Notes under the pieces: generated by a model | Seen by the model: the letters and a program-made list of their open reading frames with translations, nothing else | Databases searched by the model: none | Told to the model about the DNA's origin: nothing | Translations under genes and position numbers: made by a program | Origin: an uncultured delta proteobacterium | GTDB taxonomy: Bacteria > Myxococcota_A > Polyangia > Palsa-1104 | DNA length: 64,000 bases | NCBI GenBank assembly: GCA_963785725.1 | Contig: CAWAWS010000026.1 | Span: 1 to 64,000 of the forward strand | Direction: 5' to 3' | Part shown: in pieces, positions 58,495 through 64,000 of the stretch | Layout of the letters: each line of letters opens with the position of its first letter | How positions within the stretch are numbered: position 1 is the stretch's first letter

Positions 58495-59202
58495 ATGCTC
58501 TACCTGAGGCTGTATCTGGAAGGGGTTCGGCGCGCGTTTCGCGGCATCGGCAAGAGCCCGTGGACGCTGGCGCTGCCGCTCATCTACGCCGCCGCGCTCA
58601 TCGCGGCGTCGATCTTGGTGGGCCCGCTCGGCGGGACGGTGGGCGGCTTCATCCTCGGCATCGTCCTCGACATGCTGACGAGCTCGCTGCTCTATTTCGT
58701 CGCGCAGGCGGTGCAGCTGACGCCGTCCAAGCCGCGCGAGCTGAAGCAGAGCGTGCTCGCGTTCTTCTGGCCCGTCGTCAGCTTCGGCTTCATCTACTGG
58801 CTCGCGTCGATGGTCATCACCGGCGCGCTCAAAGAGCAGCCCAACGGCGACAAGATCGGCTTGGCGATCTTCGGCGTCGTGGTGGTGCTCTTGAACGTCG
58901 TGCCCGAAGTCATCTATCAAAAGACGCCCGGCGACGCCGGTATTGGTCGCGGCATCGGCATCATCACCGAGAGCATCAAGTTCATTCAGACGCACTGGAT
59001 CGAGTGGCTGATCCCGAACATCGTGATTCTCGTCGGTTTGTACGAGCTGGAGCTGCTGCTGGCGCGGCTGCCGTTCGGCCTCTTCTTCATGCCGTTGACG
59101 GGCGTCCTGTTCTACGTCGTCTTCGTCATTCGCGGCTGCCTGTTCAACCTCATCGACACGACGACGCCGTATCAGCTCAAGCTGCGCTACGGCAAGAAGT
59201 AA
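58495..59202 (+). CDS. Hypothetical multi-pass membrane protein
   Basis: About six TM helices, NVVPEVIYQ and WIEWLIPN; strong coding bias. Start may be 58465. Confidence 0.75.
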   Translation: MLYLRLYLEGVRRAFRGIGKSPWTLALPLIYAAALIAASILVGPLGGTVGGFILGIVLDMLTSSLLYFVAQAVQLTPSKPRELKQSVLAFFWPVVSFGFIYWLASMVITGALKEQPNGDKIGLAIFGVVVVLLNVVPEVIYQKTPGDAGIGRGIGIITESIKFIQTHWIEWLIPNIVILVGLYELELLLARLPFGLFFMPLTGVLFYVVFVIRGCLFNLIDTTTPYQLKLRYGKK

Positions 59203-59216
59203 ACGGCTGTTTACTT
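59198..59216. repeat. Palindromic element AGTAAACGGCTGTTTACTT, copy 2
   Basis: Identical to 30397-30415; again spans the stop codons of two convergent genes. Confidence 0.85.
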
Positions 59217-60239
59217 AGGCTGGGGCTCGTCGACGCGGCCGTCGGGATGGCGCGCGAAGCGGCCGCGCTCGGCGCCGTGCACGGGCCCGTCGGACGGCCA
59301 GGGCCAGCCGCCGAAGCGCGTCCGCCGGAAGTCGGCGAAGGCCTGCTCGAGCTCGGCGCGGCTGTTCATGACGAACGGGCCGTGCTGCGCCACCGGCTCG
59401 GCCAGCGGACGGCCCTGCAGGAGTAGGAGTTGGCTCGGCGCGGCGCCGTTGACGAGCGACACGGCGACGGTGGGATCGAGGCGCAAGGCGACGTTGCCGG
59501 TGACGGCCTTGCCGGCGACGGTGAGCGCGTTGCCGGCGAAGTAATAGAGCGTGCGTTCGCAGCCGGCGGCGGCGGCCGGCAGCGTCCACTCGGCGCCGGC
59601 GTCGAGCGCGATCGTCCAGATGGCGACGTCGGCGCGCGGGTCGGCGGCCCACGACTTGGGCGGCGGCGGCGGCGGGGCGACGTCGGCGAGCGCGCCGGCG
59701 ACGATGGTGACCGTCGTTTGGCGGCCGGCGCCGTCGGCGAAGACGCGCACGGGGATGGTCTCGCGCCACAACATCGAGAAGTGCGGCGCGACCAGCTTAT
59801 TTGCGCGCGGCAAGTTGAGCCAAATCTGAAACAGCTCGAGCGGATTGCCGGCGTCGCGACGCAAGAGCGGGAACATCTCGGCGTGCACGATGCCGCCGCC
59901 GGCGGTGAGCCACTGCGCGTCACCGGCGCCGAAGCGCGCCGCGGCGCCGAGCGAGTCGGAGTGGTCGATGACGCCGCGCCGCACCAGCGTCACGGTCTCG
60001 AAGCCGCGATGCGGATGGCCGGGAAAGCCGGGGACGACGTCGCCGTGATACATGCGCCAGCCGTCTTTGCCGGCGAAGTCGTTGCCGATGCGACGGCCGG
60101 CCAGCGACGCCGTCGGCGGCGCCAAGCGCGCGTCGCCGGCCGGATAATCGTCGACGTGATGCACGCAGACGAGGAACGGATCGACCGTCTGCCACGGAAA
60201 ACCGAGCGGCTCGATGGCCAACAATGCCGGGCGCGCCAT
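59211..60239 (-). CDS. Pirin family protein
   Basis: DPFL, GFPGHPHRGFETVT, HSDS, GIVHAE, QIWLNLP and GPFVMN motifs. Confidence 0.92.
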   Translation of the reverse strand: MARPALLAIEPLGFPWQTVDPFLVCVHHVDDYPAGDARLAPPTASLAGRRIGNDFAGKDGWRMYHGDVVPGFPGHPHRGFETVTLVRRGVIDHSDSLGAAARFGAGDAQWLTAGGGIVHAEMFPLLRRDAGNPLELFQIWLNLPRANKLVAPHFSMLWRETIPVRVFADGAGRQTTVTIVAGALADVAPPPPPPKSWAADPRADVAIWTIALDAGAEWTLPAAAAGCERTLYYFAGNALTVAGKAVTGNVALRLDPTVAVSLVNGAAPSQLLLLQGRPLAEPVAQHGPFVMNSRAELEQAFADFRRTRFGGWPWPSDGPVHGAERGRFARHPDGRVDEPQPK

Positions 60240-60368
60240 GGTCAACCTCGCCGCTTCCCGGGAGAGCTCGGCGCGTCCGACAGTGACAGGTCGACCTTCG
60301 GCATACAGCCATCGTGGGTCTGCGCGCGGCGTGGCGCAAGAGGCGGCTGACGAGCGCGAGTCGTAAAG

Positions 60369-61844
60369 CTACTTGACGACCGGCACTTGGCGCGGATCGC
60401 CGGCGCGCGCCGCGGCCAATCCCGCTGCGACGCCCGCGCCGTATTCCTGATCGGCGTGCTGGAAATGGGCCAATTGACGCTTTTGAATGTGCGTCGGGCA
60501 CCGACTTCATCGCGCCCACGATATTGCGCACCAACAATGCGCGCTGCTCGCGGCTCATCAGCCGGTAAAGGTCACCCGCTTGCGAGTAATAGTCGTCGTC
60601 GTCGCGATGATTGTAGCGATTGACCGCGCCCGACAGCGTCAAGGGCGGCGTCGCACCGTCGTCGAGCGTGCGCACCTCGTCGAAGCTGTTGGGATGATAG
60701 TTGGGGCCGCTGCCGCCGTTGCCGTCGAGACGCAGCCCGCCGTCGCGATGATAATGGCGCACTTCGTTATGCGGCTTATTGACGGGGATTTGATGGTAGT
60801 TGACGCCCAAACGATAACGATGCGCATCGGCGTAGGCGAAGAGGCGGCCTTGCAGCATGCGATCGGGCGAAAAGCCCAAGCCGGGCACGACCGCCGACGG
60901 CGCGAACGCCGCTTGCTCGACGTCGGCGAAGTAGTTGTCGGGGTTGCGATTGAGGACGATCTCGCCCACTTCCATACGCGGATAGTCCTTATGCGACCAC
61001 ACTTTGGTGACGTCGAATGGATTGACATTGGCGTTGATCGCCTCCGCTTCCGGCATGACTTGAATGAACATCGTCCAGCGCGGATGATCGCCGCGCTCGA
61101 TGGCCTCGAAGAGATCGCGCTGCGCATGATCGGGATCGCTGCCCGCCAGCTCCAGCGCTTTGCTCCGGCGATAGATTGCGAATGCCTTGCACTGGTCTTG
61201 AAGTGATATTTCACGAAGAAGCGCTCGTTCGTTGGCGTTGATCATGCTGAAGGTGTGGCTGCCGAAGCCGTCCATGAAGCGATAGCCGTCCGGGATGCCG
61301 CGATCCGAGAACAGGATCGTCACTTGATGCAGCGACTCCGGATGCGGCGACCAGAAGTCCCACTGCATGGTCGCGTCTTTGAGTGCGTCTGCGGATGACG
61401 CTTTTGCGTATGCACGAAGTCGGGAAACTTCGACGGATCGCGCAAGAAGAAGACCGGCGTATTGTTGCCGACCAGATCCCAAATACCCTCCTCGGTATAG
61501 AACTTGATTGCAAATCCGCGCGGATCGCGCTCGGTGTCGGCCGATCCCGCTTCGCCGCCGACCGTCGAGAAGCGAATGAACAGGGGCGTCTTCTTGCCAA
61601 TCGTGTCGAATAGCTTGGCCTTGGTGTACCGCGTGATGTCGCGCGGTGACGTCAGCTCGCCGAACGCGCCCGATCCTTTGGCGTGCACGACGCGCTCGGG
61701 GATGCGCTCGCGATTGAAGTGCGCGAGCTTCTCGAAGAGGTGAAAGTCTTCGAAGACGATCGGTCCGCGCGGGCCGGCCGTGAGCGAGTTCTGATTGTCG
61801 GAGACCGGAACGCCATTCGCCGTCGTCAGATATTTAGTCGACAA
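60369..61844 (-). CDS. katA: Monofunctional heme catalase (small subunit), several frameshifts
   Basis: TTG start with [37 protein letters not shown] and [12 protein letters not shown]; reconstructed stop TAG at 60369. Confidence 0.92.
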
Positions 61845-61883
61845 GAACTCCTCCTTTTCGTGACAGGTGCGAATGAGCTGCGA

Positions 61884-62300
61884 TTAAAGACATTGCGCGC
61901 GCGCTTGCAGTAAGGCGGCGACGTCGTGGCGGCCGAACATGACGGCGAAGCCGTGCGCGTCGACGCCGGCGGCGTTCTTGGCCGTCACATCGGCGCCGGC
62001 GTCGAGCAGCCTGCCGATGATGGAGAGGTGGCCTTTGAAACAGGCGCCCATCAGCACCGAGTTGCCGCCGTCGTCGGCGCTGTTGGGATCGGCGCCGGCG
62101 GCGAGGAGGCGGTCGAACGCGGCGGCGCTGCCGCTGTAGGCCGCGAGCATGAGCGCCGAATAGCCGCGCGCGTCGCGGGCGTCGAGCGCGGCGCCGGCGG
62201 CCAAGAGGCGCTCGATCGTGGCTACGTCGTCGGCTTTGGCGGCGCTCCACAGCGTCGCCGGCAGGTCCATGGTCTTCTTGTATTCGTCCCAAGTCGTCAT
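61884..62300 (-). CDS. ankB: Ankyrin repeat protein (catalase-associated, AnkB-like)
   Basis: GYSALMLAAYSG, GNSVLMGACFKG and LLDAGAD motifs; directly upstream of the catalase. Confidence 0.85.
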   Translation of the reverse strand: MTTWDEYKKTMDLPATLWSAAKADDVATIERLLAAGAALDARDARGYSALMLAAYSGSAAAFDRLLAAGADPNSADDGGNSVLMGACFKGHLSIIGRLLDAGADVTAKNAAGVDAHGFAVMFGRHDVAALLQARAQCL

Positions 62301-62377
62301 GTCGTCTCCCTTCGCTTACGCAGGAGAAGATCGCGCACCTCGGGCGAAGGCTCCAATACATCGTGCCGCGATTGGCG

Positions 62378-62392
62378 ATAGGCTGAGGCTAT
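62378..62392. promoter_or_regulatory. OxyR-type box ATAG-N7-CTAT upstream of ankB-katA
   Basis: ataggctgaggctat overlaps the oxyR stop codon. Confidence 0.65.
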
Positions 62393-63313
62393 CGGCGGAC
62401 GAGCTTGCCGACGACGCCGGCGAGCACGGCGGCGACGGCGCGCAACGCCGGTGCGCTCGGCGCCGTCGCGCGCCACACCAGGCACAGCGTGCGCGACGGA
62501 CCACGCGCGCCGAACGAGCGGAGGGCGAGGCCGCGCGCGCGATTCTCGGTGGCGACGGCGATGGCGGGCAAGAGCGTGACGCCGGCGCCGCCGGCGACCA
62601 TCTGCGCCAGCGTCGACAAGCTGGTGGCGCGCACGCTCGCTTCGTCGGCGCCGACGCGCTGGCACACGGCGAGCGCTTGATCGCGGAAACAGTGCCCGTC
62701 GTCGAGCAGGAGGACGGTCTCGCCGTCGAGCTGCTGGGGCCGCGCCGCCGCTTCGCTCTTGGCCAGGCGATGGCCGGGCGGCAGCGCCAGGTAGAACGGG
62801 TCGCGGCCGAGCGGCGCCTGCTCGAGATCGCCCAAGTCGGACTCGGCGGCGACGATGCCGGCCTCGAGCTCACCGGCGGCGATGCGCGCGAGGATGACGC
62901 GCGTCTTGTCCTCGATCCAGCGCAGCTGCAGCCGTGGAAACTGCGCGCGCAGCGCGCGGCGCGGCTTCCGGCAAGAGATAGGGTGCGATCGTCGGCAGGA
63001 TTCCGACGTGCAGCGTGCCGGCCAGCGGATCGCGCACGCGCTCGGACGTGGCCACGAGGTCGTCGGCCTCGCGCAGCGTGCGGCGCGCGCGTTCGAGCAC
63101 GGCCGCGCCCGCTTCGGTGACGACGACGGCGCGCGGCAGACGCTCGAAGAGGCGCACGCCCAGCGTCTCCTCGAGCTGCGCCACCTGCGCCGACAGTGAC
63201 GGCTGCGCGACGGCGCAGACCTCGGCGGCGCGGCGGAAGCTGCGGTGCTCGGCGACGGCCAGCGCATACTGCAGCTGGCGCAGCGACAGCGGGTGAGGCG
63301 ACCAACGGCTCAT
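62389..63313 (-). CDS. oxyR: Hydrogen peroxide-inducible regulator OxyR, frameshift near 62960
   Basis: LRQLQY...QPSLS HTH, PTIAPYLLP, both redox Cys in DDGHCFRDQALAVC, and ATSL.TL.QMV. Confidence 0.9.
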
Positions 63314-63326
63314 AGGACGAGCCTAT
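63312..63326. promoter_or_regulatory. OxyR-type box ATAG-N7-CTAT at the oxyR start (autoregulation)
   Basis: ataggacgagcctat overlaps the start codon. Confidence 0.6.
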
Positions 63327-63373
63327 CGCACTTCGCGGCTGATGCGACTTTGGGCTAACGGTTGCGACGGGCG

Positions 63374-64000
63374 CTATTGGTTCGACTGCGCGGCCACCAG
63401 CTGGCGATAGGCGCCCGACCGCGCCATCAGCTCGTCATGCCGCCCAGACTCGACGACGCGCCCTTGATCCATGACCAAGATGAGATCGGCCCGCTGCACC
63501 GTGCTCAGCCGGTGCGCGATGACGACGCGCGTGCACTGCAACGCCGCCAGCGCCGCGTGGATGTGCGACTCGGTCACCGAATCGAGCGCGCTCGTGGCTT
63601 CGTCGAGCAGGAGCACCGCCGGCTTGCGCACGAGCGCCCGCGCCAGCGCCAGTCGCTGCCGCTGCCCGCCCGAGATCGACTCGCCGCGATCGAGCAGGAG
63701 CGTGTGATAGCCCATCGGCATGGCCACGATGTCGTCGTGAATCTGCGCCACTTTCGCCGCCGCGATGATGGCGTCCATCGACAGCGACGGGTCGGAGAGC
63801 GCGATGTTCTCGCGAATGCTGGCGCCGAACAGGTGGTGCGATTGCGTCACGATGCCCATCTGCTGGCGCAGCGAACGAAAATCGAGCTCGCCCAGCTCCA
63901 CGCCGTCGAACAGGATCTTGCCTGCCGTCGGGCGATAGAGGCCGATGAGCAGGTGCGCCATCGTCGTCTTGCCCGCGCCCGAACGGCCGACGACGGCCAC
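63374..64000 (-). CDS. C-terminal NBD of an ABC exporter, probably peptidase-containing (SunT/LanT-like); truncated by the window edge
   Basis: GRSGAGKTT, IHDDIVAMPMGYHT, ISGGQRQRLALAR, LDEATSALD and IAHRLST motifs. Confidence 0.85.
   Translation of the reverse strand: MAVVGRSGAGKTTMAHLLIGLYRPTAGKILFDGVELGELDFRSLRQQMGIVTQSHHLFGASIRENIALSDPSLSMDAIIAAAKVAQIHDDIVAMPMGYHTLLLDRGESISGGQRQRLALARALVRKPAVLLLDEATSALDSVTESHIHAALAALQCTRVVIAHRLSTVQRADLILVMDQGRVVESGRHDELMARSGAYRQLVAAQSNQ

Overview
This window is very GC-rich bacterial chromosomal DNA. Its lipoprotein linkers, Cys-rich repeats and ferrochelatase type suggest a myxobacterium (Myxococcota/Polyangia-like); that assignment is inference. It is dense with about 55 housekeeping or accessory CDSs, including msrAB, an ADP-ribosylglycohydrolase, GH16/SGNH/lectin lipoproteins, FadL, wzm-wzt, a Fes-like esterase, an MscS plus two cation:proton antiporters, DUF362, an SdpAB-like HTTM pair, an MpaB/Lcp-like oxygenase with hemH, a fluoride riboswitch with a CLC-F exporter, AcpA with a di-heme peroxidase, TetR/LysR/ArsR modules, ABC-F, a radical SAM enzyme, RoxA, YebC, a DEAD-box helicase with a repeat tail, DUF3160, DUF3556 with an FAD oxidoreductase, pirin, oxyR-ankB-katA and the 3' end of a peptide-exporter ABC gene. 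I saw no rRNA, tRNA, CRISPR array, transposase or prophage. About eight genes carry single-base frameshifts, clustered at 56-63 kb, most likely long-read assembly errors. The best unexplained signal is an identical 19-bp palindrome (AGTAAACGGCTGTTTACTT) that joins two unrelated convergent gene pairs 29 kb apart and shares geometry with the local TetR operators. Other leads are a nested-stem candidate ncRNA, a MITE, an orphan SdpAB-like pair, HTTM-like motifs in DUF3556, and a recurrent D-[ML]-[STAG] linker motif in exported lipoproteins. All assignments come from motif recognition by eye; no searches were run.
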